A stretch of DNA of 64,000 nucleotides from an uncultured Gammaproteobacteria bacterium. Lineage in GTDB: Bacteria; Patescibacteriota; Patescibacteriia; Magasanikbacterales; GWA2-37-8. Positions 27,983-36,985 of the stretch are shown here, one piece after another (position 1 is the first letter of the stretch; each line of letters starts with the position of its first letter). Both the position numbers and the translations under genes were made by a program. The notes under the pieces are model-generated. The model was not told the DNA's origin, made no database searches, and saw only the letters and a list, made by a program, of their open reading frames with translations. The stretch lies in NCBI GenBank assembly GCA_964634875.1, contig CAZWKA010000008.1, positions 978 through 64,977 on the forward strand, given 5' to 3'.

Positions 27983-30067
27983 TTACTTCTTTTTCGCCGG
28001 TCGTCCTTTTTTACTTTTCTCCACTTCCCCACTCGACTTCTGCCGTGCGGTCAATTCACGAATCTCATCACGCAGTATCGCCGCCAGCTCGAATTCAAGT
28101 CCTTTGGCCGCATCCTTCATCTGCGCTTCTTTGTCTTTAATAATCACGCTGAGCGGCCGATCGTCCCCAAGCGTATCAAGGTTCGCAAGTTCGGCGCGGC
28201 GACGTTTATGTTCCTTTGTATTTCCACCGGGTGAAGTTTCGCTAATACCAAACTCTTCCAAAATATTACGAATTGTTTTTTGAATTGTTTTTGGAGTAAT
28301 ACCATGTTCCTCATTATACGCCAGCTGAATTTTACGGCGACGATTGGTTTCGGCAATCGCACGCTCGATCGAACCAGTGCTGTGGTCAGCATACAGCACC
28401 ACCTGCCCATTCACATTACGCGCCGCGCGGCCGATCGTCTGGATCAAACTCGTTTCACTGCGCAAAAACCCTTCTTTATCAGCGTCAAGAATTGCAACCA
28501 GCGACACTTCTGGCATGTCGAGTCCTTCACGCAAAAGATTAACTCCAACCAAAACATCAATCTTGCCTTGACGCAACTCCATGATTACCGTAATACGATC
28601 AAGCGTCTGGACATCGCTGTGCAAAAATTTTACTTTCACTTTCTTCTCTTCCAAAAATTGCGTCAGGTCTTCAGCCATGCGCTTCGTCAGTGTAGTGACC
28701 AGCACGCGCTCTTTGGCCGCAATGCGTTCATCAATCCGGATCATCAGGTCTTCGATCTGCGAAAGGCCGTTGTCAGCTTTGCTCGGCGTGATCGGGCGAA
28801 TAATAACTTCCGGATCAATTAAACCTGTCGGACGGACGACTTGCTCCACCACTTGCTTACTTTCACTAATTTCGTATTCGGTCGGGGTTGCCGAAACATA
28901 CACCACCTGGTCAACTAATTTTTCAAATTCTTCGTAGCGCAGCGGTCGGTTATCACGCGCGCTCGGCAACCTAAACCCGTGTTCGACCAACGTGTCTTTA
29001 CGTGCTCGGTCGCCATTATACATAGCACGCACCTGCGGCACTGTTACGTGCGACTCATCAATAATGGTTAAGAAATTTTTTGCCCCATGCTTGAAATAAT
29101 CGAGGAGCGTAAACGACGGTTCACCTTCGGACCGACCTTCAAAATGACGGGAATAATTTTCAATACCGTTGCAATACCCAATATTTTTAATCAGTTCCAA
29201 ATCATAACTCACCCGACGCTTCAAACGGTCGCGTTCCAGTAATTTTCCTTGCCGGTCAAAAAGCGCTAACTGTTGTTCAAGCTCATCTTTGATACGGACG
29301 AATGCACGTTCCCGCGCTTCCTCGCCAACCACATAATGTTTTGCCGGAAAAAGCCACACATCTTCTTGCTCGCGTTTAATTTTGCGCGTCAGCGGATCAA
29401 CCTGCTCAATACGATCGATGTGCGCGCTGATCTCGAAACGATAAATCATCTCTTCGTTCACCGGCATAATCTCGAATACCTGCCCCTGCATCCGAAAGGT
29501 ACCGCGGCGCATGTCTGCGGTTGTACGTTCGAATTGCATGCCAATGAGCTGTTCCATCATGCCGCGCCGGTCGAGATTGTCGCCCACCCGCAGATGCAAA
29601 ACGTCTTTTTCATAGGCCGCCGGCGAACCCAAACCATAGATTGCCGAAACTGACGCCACAATAATAACATCACGCCGCGTCAACAAGGCCTGTGTACACG
29701 CATGGCGCAGACGATCTATTTCTTGGTTGATCTGCGCTTCTTTTTCAATATACGTATCACTGGTAGGAATATACGCTTCCGGCTGATAGTAGTCGTAGTA
29801 GCTCACAAAATACTCGACGACGTTCTCGGGAAAAAAATCACGGAATTCGTTACAGAGCTGGGCCGCCAGCGTCTTGTTGTGCGCGATCACCAGCGTCGGC
29901 ATCTGGACACGCTCAATCACGTTCGCCATTGTGAACGTTTTACCCGAACCGGTAACCCCAAGCAGGGTTTGCTTTTTAAACCCTTCGGCAAGACCTTGAG
30001 TCAACTGATCAATGGCTTTAGGCTGATCACCAGCTGGTTTGTATTGTGAAACGATTGAAAACTTCAT
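27983..30067 (-). CDS. uvrB: Excinuclease ABC subunit B
   Basis: GVTGSGKTFT, YFVSYYDYYQPEAY, DESH, GRAARN; C-terminal UVR domain. Confidence 0.97.
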   Translation of the reverse strand: MKFSIVSQYKPAGDQPKAIDQLTQGLAEGFKKQTLLGVTGSGKTFTMANVIERVQMPTLVIAHNKTLAAQLCNEFRDFFPENVVEYFVSYYDYYQPEAYIPTSDTYIEKEAQINQEIDRLRHACTQALLTRRDVIIVASVSAIYGLGSPAAYEKDVLHLRVGDNLDRRGMMEQLIGMQFERTTADMRRGTFRMQGQVFEIMPVNEEMIYRFEISAHIDRIEQVDPLTRKIKREQEDVWLFPAKHYVVGEEARERAFVRIKDELEQQLALFDRQGKLLERDRLKRRVSYDLELIKNIGYCNGIENYSRHFEGRSEGEPSFTLLDYFKHGAKNFLTIIDESHVTVPQVRAMYNGDRARKDTLVEHGFRLPSARDNRPLRYEEFEKLVDQVVYVSATPTEYEISESKQVVEQVVRPTGLIDPEVIIRPITPSKADNGLSQIEDLMIRIDERIAAKERVLVTTLTKRMAEDLTQFLEEKKVKVKFLHSDVQTLDRITVIMELRQGKIDVLVGVNLLREGLDMPEVSLVAILDADKEGFLRSETSLIQTIGRAARNVNGQVVLYADHSTGSIERAIAETNRRRKIQLAYNEEHGITPKTIQKTIRNILEEFGISETSPGGNTKEHKRRRAELANLDTLGDDRPLSVIIKDKEAQMKDAAKGLEFELAAILRDEIRELTARQKSSGEVEKSKKGRPAKKK

Positions 30068-30115
30068 ACAACCCATTAAAACACGAAAACATTAAAACAA
30101 CAATTATTTTAATGA

Positions 30116-31210
30116 TTAATATTTCCTCACCACCATGCTTTGAGCAATGCCAATAAGCAACATATTCACTATAAGTGACGACCCGCCATAACTCACAAAC
30201 GGCAAGGTTACCCCAGTCACTGGCAAAAGTCCAATCTCTGCCCCAATATTGATAAAAAACTGGCTGGCGAACAACACGGTGATTCCAGCCAAGGTCGCCG
30301 ACACAAAATCATCATTAGTACTTTGCATGATAACAATCAGTCTCCAAAGCATAACCCCGTAGAGAGTCACCAGGATAGCCGTACCCGCAAAACCCAGCTC
30401 TTCGCCGATAACTGAAAACACAAAGTCAGTTTGTGCTTCAGGCAAAAACCGTAACTGGCTTTGCGAACCAAATCCCAAACCACGACCAAACACCTTTCCG
30501 GCTCCCACCGCAATCGTTGATTGCATCACGTTATACCCGGTATTAAGTGGATCGCGATCTGGATGGATAAAATTGAGTAACCGGTCTTTTTGGTAGCCCT
30601 CAAGCAGAAAAAACCAAGCCGCAACCGAAAAAAGAACACCCACTACGACAAGTCCCACCATATGACGAGCTCTCGCTCCTACCAAATACATGAGTCCAAA
30701 CCAGATTATACCAATCAAAACAGCTGATCCTAAATCAGGCTGGCGCATAATAAGTGCAATGAGGCACAGCGTGATAAAACCAGTACCGAAAAAAAATAAG
30801 GGACGCTCAAACCGCCGTCCAAAATGTGCGACGATGGCCGCTAAAAGCAAAATTATCCCTATCTTGGCAAACTCAACCGGTTGAAGGGAAAATCCGCCGA
30901 TCACAAACCAGCCCCGGGTGCCACGAATAGTCTGCCCAAAAATAAGGACACCAATCAATAGGAGCAGCGACCCAAAATAGGCTAGTTTTGCCCCCGAACG
31001 GAACCAGCTATAGTGAAGCATGCTGGCAAAAATCGCGAGCGTAAGACCAAGTCCAAAAGCAATAAACTGTTTCCTAAAAAAAATGAGTTCAGTACCACGC
31101 GATAAATCAACACTGTAAATGGCCTCCATACCCATGGCAACCAAAAGAAATACTGCCACCATCAGGATCCAGTCGAAACTGCGTGAAGAAAATTTATGGA
31201 AATTCAGCAT
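30116..31210 (-). CDS. rodA: SEDS peptidoglycan glycosyltransferase RodA
   Basis: LQPVEFAK, QPDLGS, GYNVMQS, LPEAQTDF, GVTLPFVSYGGSS. Confidence 0.92.
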   Translation of the reverse strand: MLNFHKFSSRSFDWILMVAVFLLVAMGMEAIYSVDLSRGTELIFFRKQFIAFGLGLTLAIFASMLHYSWFRSGAKLAYFGSLLLLIGVLIFGQTIRGTRGWFVIGGFSLQPVEFAKIGIILLLAAIVAHFGRRFERPLFFFGTGFITLCLIALIMRQPDLGSAVLIGIIWFGLMYLVGARARHMVGLVVVGVLFSVAAWFFLLEGYQKDRLLNFIHPDRDPLNTGYNVMQSTIAVGAGKVFGRGLGFGSQSQLRFLPEAQTDFVFSVIGEELGFAGTAILVTLYGVMLWRLIVIMQSTNDDFVSATLAGITVLFASQFFINIGAEIGLLPVTGVTLPFVSYGGSSLIVNMLLIGIAQSMVVRKY

Positions 31211-31295
31211 AGATCAAACAAGATACAAACGATAGAGAATACACTGCGTCCACCGGGGCGCACCAAACGTACTCCTTATTGTTTGTATCTTGTAG

Positions 31296-32174
31296 TTATT
31301 TCTCAGGCGGCAAATAAACTGCATCGTCGTACACGTTGACCAGAGGGAAAATTTTTACCTCATTAACACTCAGGTTTGATCCGAAACTCCGCAGGTCGAT
31401 ATTTTTTGAGGCTAGTGACGTAAAATTATCAAGCGATAACGGCAGGAGGCCGACCAGGTTCTGATCCAAATACAGTCCCACATAAAACCGGGCAGTTTTA
31501 TAACTGTAGGCACTTTGGTTTGTTAGGGTGAAACGAATTATCTCAGCGTTAGCGCCACTCTCATCAAACTGGGGAATAAACTCAAAATTGCTCACCAAAA
31601 AATTAAGGCGTTCCCGCTGCCAGGTTTCTGGATCCAAAAACTCACGGTTCGACAAACGCTTCCAAGCAATATTATCAATCGTTAGGACTGCGCTATCCGG
31701 ATAGGTGTCAGCACTTAACCCCAAATAAGCCACCGGGCGGTTCTCGCGCGGCAAAAGCGTGGTCGTTTGGGACGGCGTCTTAGTTCCATTAAAACTAAAA
31801 TAATAATCGAAGGTGACCAAAAACCGCGGGTTGGAATTAACGACGTCAGCTACCAAATCGTACTTACCAACTCCGCCCGAGTACACTGCTGTACTCAGTA
31901 CTTCAAGCGGCTTAGCGGCAAAACGACTATTGAGTACGGTATAATTTTCAAAACTCGTTAAACCCCGGTCGACCTCAGCGCTTTCTTGTAAACCAAATAT
32001 AAGATACTTCCCCAGCGCAAACAACGAAAAGAAAGCTGTCCCAGCTGCCAGCGCCATAAGCGTCCCCACCAAAATCCGATACAACAGGAGCCGGTGACGG
32101 ACATACCAAAAACCATACTTTAGCTCTTGGCCAGTAAACTCACCGCTCGGATCAACATACTTCTCATAGTTCAC
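31296..32174 (-). CDS. Hypothetical single-pass membrane protein; start uncertain
   Basis: Open frame with one TM helix and a beta-rich exterior domain; in-frame GTG at 32174; the upstream ATG at 32233 is out of frame. Confidence 0.7.
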   Translation of the reverse strand: MNYEKYVDPSGEFTGQELKYGFWYVRHRLLLYRILVGTLMALAAGTAFFSLFALGKYLIFGLQESAEVDRGLTSFENYTVLNSRFAAKPLEVLSTAVYSGGVGKYDLVADVVNSNPRFLVTFDYYFSFNGTKTPSQTTTLLPRENRPVAYLGLSADTYPDSAVLTIDNIAWKRLSNREFLDPETWQRERLNFLVSNFEFIPQFDESGANAEIIRFTLTNQSAYSYKTARFYVGLYLDQNLVGLLPLSLDNFTSLASKNIDLRSFGSNLSVNEVKIFPLVNVYDDAVYLPPEK

Positions 32175-32325
32175 TTTCTTGGCAGCAACGACTGGTGCGC
32201 GTCCTGTCGGGGAAGTGGAATGGTTGTTGGCATTATAAATATTGAGCACAAAATATGTAGGATATGATACTCCTAAGTATAGCCCAAAATTTCCATTTTG
32301 ACCACCACCCTTGACAGCCACCTGA

Positions 32326-32354
32326 TTGACAAGAACGATGAAATATCGTATACT
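32326..32354 (+). promoter_or_regulatory. Sigma70 promoter of rnpB
   Basis: TTGACA-17 nt-TATACT. Confidence 0.85.
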
Positions 32355-32361
32355 ATTAACT

Positions 32362-32827
32362 CTATTACTGGTAATCGCCGGGCAAAAAGGCTCGGAGGAA
32401 AGTCCGAACACCCTTGTTTTTAACAAGACAATGGCAGTGGGTAACCCCCACCCCCCGACCTGTGAAGTATCGGGGAGGGACAGTGGCACAGAGACAATAC
32501 TAGCCCCGTCCACTTCGGTGGATGGGACCAAAGGTGAAAAGTGTATGGAGGTTCTGGTTCTCGAGACCAAAGCTACCATACTCGCCCTGGCTGTGAAGCC
32601 AGTGGCAGTGCTAAACCCTGCCTGGTGCAAGAGCAGCGTGCCGCGAAGCGTCAGAGAGGCGCTTTGCCTGGCGCGAAAAGTTCGCTCGCTTGGCTTGCCC
32701 AAATTCTCACGAATGAAGGCAGCCTGATTGCAACAGTAATGCTGCAACTAGAAAAATGATTATCTTCCCAATCTGTCTGCCGATAGGCAAGCCCGGTTGG
32801 GAAACAAAATTCGGCTTATAGTAATAG
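32362..32827 (+). ncRNA. rnpB: RNase P RNA
   Basis: Universal GAGGAAAGTCC (32395) and 3' ACAAAATTCGGCTTA; P1 pairing CTATTACT/AGTAATAG; own promoter and terminator. Confidence 0.93.
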
Positions 32828-32828
32828 C

Positions 32829-32857
32829 GCAAAACCTTCCGCAAGGAAGGTTTTGTC
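32829..32857 (+). terminator. Terminator of rnpB
   Basis: CAAAACCTTCC-gcaa-GGAAGGTTTTG. Confidence 0.85.
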
Positions 32858-32945
32858 GTTAGCCAAAAAAAATGATTGACGCGCGGGTCTGCTTAACATA
32901 CAATAGAGACACTATTTTGATCATTTTTCTTACCCACCCCGTGGT

Positions 32946-34367
32946 ATGAAACGTTTTGAGCTTACGTTCACCTTCCTCCAGCTGCCGGTTGATTACCTCA
33001 TGCTTGTTTTGGCTGGGCTCACTGCCTTTACCCTTCGTTTTCATCCAACAGTTACAGCTATCCGACCAGTACTCTTTGCTCTGTCCTGGCCCCGGTACAC
33101 CCAAGCGGTCCTTTTGGTAGCTTTGGGCTGGATTATACTCTTCAGTTTGTCTGGCCTCTATAGCACCAACCCCAACCGAAAATTTTCTCGCGAAATTACC
33201 CGTATTATCACTGCTTGCTCCACCGGTTTTGCAGCCATTACCATTTACGTCTTCTTTACCTTACAAAAATTTGACTCCCGTTTTCTGGTTTTGATCGGCT
33301 GGGTGCTGGCCATGCTCTACACCCTGGCTGGGCGACTGATTATGCGGGGCATCAAAGCCCTGCTATATCGCGCAGGCATTGGTTTACGTCGGACCGTTAT
33401 CATTGGTAACCAGCCAATCAGCAAAACAATAGCTGAAACACTTCAACAAGAACCACGCCTTGGGTATACGGTTGATACAGCTTTCCCTCACTTTGATCAA
33501 ATAACTAAGGGTAGCTTAAAAAAAAGCCTGCCTGACGAAATTATTTTCACCAATCCTCAAGGCAACCAGGAAGAAGTCCTCGAGGCAATCGACTTCGCCA
33601 ACGAACACCATATTGTTTTTAAATATTCAGCCGACCTCTTTGCTACCATTTCCACCAACACCACTGTGTCGACAATTGCCGGGGTTCCGATTATCGAACT
33701 GCGACGCACCCGCCTGACGGGCTGGGGACGTATCATCAAACGTTGCATCGACATCGTTGGCAGCCTACTTTTCATCCTTTTTTTCTGGCCAATCTACCTA
33801 GCTATCAGTCTAGTAATCCTCGTTGAGACAGGCAGACCAGTCATTTATAAAAATACGCGCGTTGGACAAAACGGGATTACCTTTGCCACCCTCAAATTCC
33901 GTTCCATGTACCAAAAATATTGTACAGGAGAACAATTTGGCACGATCGGTGAAGCTGCTCTTAAAGAAGAAAAAAAACTCATCAAGACCAATAGTAGCCG
34001 GACCGGTCCCTTGTACAAAATTAAAAACGACCCCCGCATCACCACCTTTGGACGGTTTATCCGTCGCTGGAGCCTTGACGAACTCCCTCAGTTCATCAAT
34101 GTCTTAAAAGGTGATATGAGCCTGGTGGGACCGCGCCCACATCAACCCCGCGAAGTTGAGCAATACCAAAAACACCACCGGGTCGTACTTGCCATAAAAC
34201 CAGGCATTTCAGGCCTTGCTCAAATTTCCGGCCGCGCCAACCTAAGCTTTGAAGACGAGGTTCGCCTCGATACCTTTTACATCGAAAACTGGAATTTATT
34301 GCTCGACCTTATCATTCTCATCAAGACACCATTCGTGGTGGTCAGAAAAGATGGCGCTATCGTATGA
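32946..34367 (+). CDS. Polyprenyl-phosphate sugar phosphotransferase (WcaJ/WbaP family)
   Basis: N-terminal TMs; KFRSM, DPRIT, SLDELPQFINVLKGDMSLVGPRP, KPGISGLAQ. Confidence 0.92.
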   Translation: MKRFELTFTFLQLPVDYLMLVLAGLTAFTLRFHPTVTAIRPVLFALSWPRYTQAVLLVALGWIILFSLSGLYSTNPNRKFSREITRIITACSTGFAAITIYVFFTLQKFDSRFLVLIGWVLAMLYTLAGRLIMRGIKALLYRAGIGLRRTVIIGNQPISKTIAETLQQEPRLGYTVDTAFPHFDQITKGSLKKSLPDEIIFTNPQGNQEEVLEAIDFANEHHIVFKYSADLFATISTNTTVSTIAGVPIIELRRTRLTGWGRIIKRCIDIVGSLLFILFFWPIYLAISLVILVETGRPVIYKNTRVGQNGITFATLKFRSMYQKYCTGEQFGTIGEAALKEEKKLIKTNSSRTGPLYKIKNDPRITTFGRFIRRWSLDELPQFINVLKGDMSLVGPRPHQPREVEQYQKHHRVVLAIKPGISGLAQISGRANLSFEDEVRLDTFYIENWNLLLDLIILIKTPFVVVRKDGAIV

Positions 34368-35485
34368 AGCTCGCTTTAGTACACGATTATCTAGCTCAAG
34401 ACGGAGGGGCGGAGCGGGTACTACAAACACTGCATGAACTGTGGCCCGAAGCCCCTCTTTTTGTTTTATTTCACGATCCTAAAAAAATCAGCTCCTTCCC
34501 CAAACATCTCATTCGTGAATCCTGGCTAGCTAAACTCCCTTTTATCAAAACTCATTATCAGTGGTACCTCCCCTGGATGCCTAACGCCACCGAAAACTAC
34601 AACCTCAACGATTTCGACGTCGTTGTTTCATCCACCAGCGCCTTTGCCAAAGGCGTCATTGTCCCCCCAGAGACCCTCCATATTTCTTACTGTCATACCC
34701 CGCCGCGGTATCTGTGGAACGACAGGCATGAATACTTGGCCGACCTTAACTCCAACTGGCTCGTCAAAGCATTTTTGCCCCAAATCATTTTTCGCTTGCG
34801 CCTCTGGGATAAAATGAGCGCCGACCGAGTGGATCATTTTATTGCCAACTCCCATACCGTCGAAGGGCGCATCCAAAAATATTACCGGCGCACGAGCGAC
34901 GTTATCTATCCGCCGGTTGATACTGAACGTTTTTTTATTTCACCAAACATTGGAAATTATTTTGTGGCAGGCGGACGCCTGGTGCCCTACAAACGACTCG
35001 ACTTGGTTGTGCAGGCTTTTAACCGCCTCCACTACCCGCTCAAAATTTTTGGTACCGGCCCCGAGCTCGACAGCCTCAAAAAACATGCCAGACCCAATAT
35101 TGAATTCCTTGGCCGAATTGACGATGAAGCCAAAGCCATTCTCCTCAGCCAAGCACAGGCCTTTATCCATCCGCAACTCGAAGATTTTGGCATCACCCCG
35201 GTCGAGTCGCTCGCCAGCGGCCGCCCGGTCATCGCCTTTGCCGCAGGCGGCGCCACCGAGACAGTGGTTCCTCATGAAACGGGCGAATTTTTCTATAAAC
35301 AAAACTGGGAATCGCTTCTCAACGCTGTTCTACACTTTAAATCCGAAAGTTGGGACAGCGCGCACATCCGCGAACATGCCCTTAAATTTTCCAACAGTAA
35401 TTTTAAAACAAACATTAAAAAATACGTTGACGACCGGTACGAAGAATTTAGTAAAAAGCTTAATCAGGAGTCATTGCTCGGCTAA
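34364..35485 (+). CDS. GT4 glycosyltransferase
   Basis: ALVHDYL..GGAERVL, YCHTPPRY, EDFGITPVE. Confidence 0.9.
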   Translation: MKLALVHDYLAQDGGAERVLQTLHELWPEAPLFVLFHDPKKISSFPKHLIRESWLAKLPFIKTHYQWYLPWMPNATENYNLNDFDVVVSSTSAFAKGVIVPPETLHISYCHTPPRYLWNDRHEYLADLNSNWLVKAFLPQIIFRLRLWDKMSADRVDHFIANSHTVEGRIQKYYRRTSDVIYPPVDTERFFISPNIGNYFVAGGRLVPYKRLDLVVQAFNRLHYPLKIFGTGPELDSLKKHARPNIEFLGRIDDEAKAILLSQAQAFIHPQLEDFGITPVESLASGRPVIAFAAGGATETVVPHETGEFFYKQNWESLLNAVLHFKSESWDSAHIREHALKFSNSNFKTNIKKYVDDRYEEFSKKLNQESLLG

Positions 35486-35518
35486 AAGAAGAAAGGTCGC
35501 GCACCGAAGTGGCGACCT
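35485..35518 (-). terminator. Intrinsic terminator of the antisense mini-gene
   Basis: Minus strand AGGTCGC-cacttcggtgc-GCGACCT followed by TTCTTCTTTT. Confidence 0.7.
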
Positions 35519-35544
35519 AAGAAGGAAGTGTGGCAGAAAAACCG

Positions 35545-35745
35545 TCAGTACAGGCCATCTGGCCGGGGGGAAGGACGCTCTCGCTCAGCATCCAGTTGGT
35601 CGGCGAGCTGGGCAGGGGTGAGCTGTTCGTTATTGAACAGATCTCTGCCCAAAAGCTCAGCTGGCTTCGGGACTACCTCCGCCACTACCACGACACCGGG
35701 ATGTCGGTCAGCGAGCGCGCAATCATCGCCAGAACCTTGCTCCAT
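35545..35745 (-). CDS. 66-aa acidic hypothetical protein in a self-contained antisense cassette
   Basis: SD GAGGAGG 4 nt before ATG; promoter-like TTGACG-17-TTTACT; terminator downstream; elevated GC. Confidence 0.62.
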   Translation of the reverse strand: MEQGSGDDCALADRHPGVVVVAEVVPKPAELLGRDLFNNEQLTPAQLADQLDAERERPSPRPDGLY

Positions 35746-35803
35746 GAAACCTCCTCTAATATATCAGTAAACCACCTCTTAATCCTATCGTCAACCGAGT
35801 ACT

Positions 35804-36955
35804 ATGCACATCGGCATCGACATCCGCTCACTCGCCTCCCCCATCAAAACCGGGGTTGGCGAATACACGTTTGAACTCTTAAACGCGCTTTTTACGATTG
35901 ATCACACCAATCACTATTATCTTTTTGCCAGTGGCCGAAAAAAAATCTTGACACATCTTCCGGAGTGGAAGCAGCCCAACGTGCACTATTGCCCCTTTCC
36001 CTACTCAAATAAACTCCTCAAACTATCCACTAAGCTGGCTGGCTGGCCAAAACTCGACCATACAATCACAAAACAAGCCGGTCTGCCCACCGGGCTCGAC
36101 TATTTCTTCTCACCCAGCATTAACTTCACCGCACTTTCAAAAAAGACCCCGCACATCGTCATGATCCACGATCTCACTTTTGAGTTTTTTCCCCATTTCT
36201 TTTCTGCCAAACAGCGTTTGTGGCACCTTGGCAGTAGTCCCAAAAAAACCTGCCAAACTGCTAAGAAAATTATTGTCCCTTCCGAAAATACAAAACGCGA
36301 CCTGGTTGATCATTATCAGCTCGATCCAAACAAAATAAATGTCATCTACCACGGCTATTCAACACTTTTTGACGGGGAAAAAAACACCTCAGAGAAAGAA
36401 CAAGTCCAAAAAAAATATGACCTCCCCGAACGATTTATCCTTTTTCTCGGCACCATTGAGCCGCGTAAAAATATTCTTGCTCTAATTGAAGGTTTTGAAA
36501 CAGCGGCGCGCCGCCTTGATCCCGCAATTCATCTAGTCATTGCCGGGTCGCCGGGCTGGAAAAATAAGCCAGTGTTCAAACGGATAGCCCAATCACCCTT
36601 TAAGGAACGCATCACCCATATCGGCTACATTGACACCGAAGATAAACCCGGCCTGTACCAAGCTGCTGAAATTTTCGCCTACCCCAGCTACTACGAAGGG
36701 TTTGGTTTTCCTATCATCGAAGCTATGGCCAGCGGTACGCCGGTAATAACCTCAAATCGCTCTTCGCTACCAGAAATTGCCGGAAGTGCCGCCTATTTCA
36801 TTAATCCCAACAAACCCCACACCATTGCCGAGGGTCTCTGCCGAATAGTAAATGACCAAGAGCTAAAAAACCGCCTCATTACGGACGGTTACGAACAGGT
36901 TAAAAAATTTACATGGATGAAAGCAGCCGAAGCCTGGCTCAAGATGCTTGATTAA
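35804..36955 (+). CDS. GT4 glycosyltransferase
   Basis: IGIDIR, TGVGEY, IHDL, GTIEPRKN, EGFGFPIIEAMASG. Confidence 0.9.
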   Translation: MHIGIDIRSLASPIKTGVGEYTFELLNALFTIDHTNHYYLFASGRKKILTHLPEWKQPNVHYCPFPYSNKLLKLSTKLAGWPKLDHTITKQAGLPTGLDYFFSPSINFTALSKKTPHIVMIHDLTFEFFPHFFSAKQRLWHLGSSPKKTCQTAKKIIVPSENTKRDLVDHYQLDPNKINVIYHGYSTLFDGEKNTSEKEQVQKKYDLPERFILFLGTIEPRKNILALIEGFETAARRLDPAIHLVIAGSPGWKNKPVFKRIAQSPFKERITHIGYIDTEDKPGLYQAAEIFAYPSYYEGFGFPIIEAMASGTPVITSNRSSLPEIAGSAAYFINPNKPHTIAEGLCRIVNDQELKNRLITDGYEQVKKFTWMKAAEAWLKMLD

Positions 36956-36985
36956 GACTGCCAAAAATTTACACGCGCCCTTTCG

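Noticed and set aside
32326-32727. 133-aa plus-strand ORF
   Set aside because: Coincides with rnpB; its TTG start is the -35 box
32175-32747. N-terminal extension of the 483-aa ORF 31296..32747
   Set aside because: It runs antisense through the RNase P RNA and its promoter; only the part from about 32174 looks like protein
34842-35621. 259-aa alternative-frame ORF inside a GT4 gene
   Set aside because: Overlaps a well-supported gene and has no recognisable motifs
35530-35874. 114-aa plus-strand ORF between the GT genes
   Set aside because: Overlaps the next gene by about 70 nt; the minus-strand ORF has the better promoter, SD and terminator
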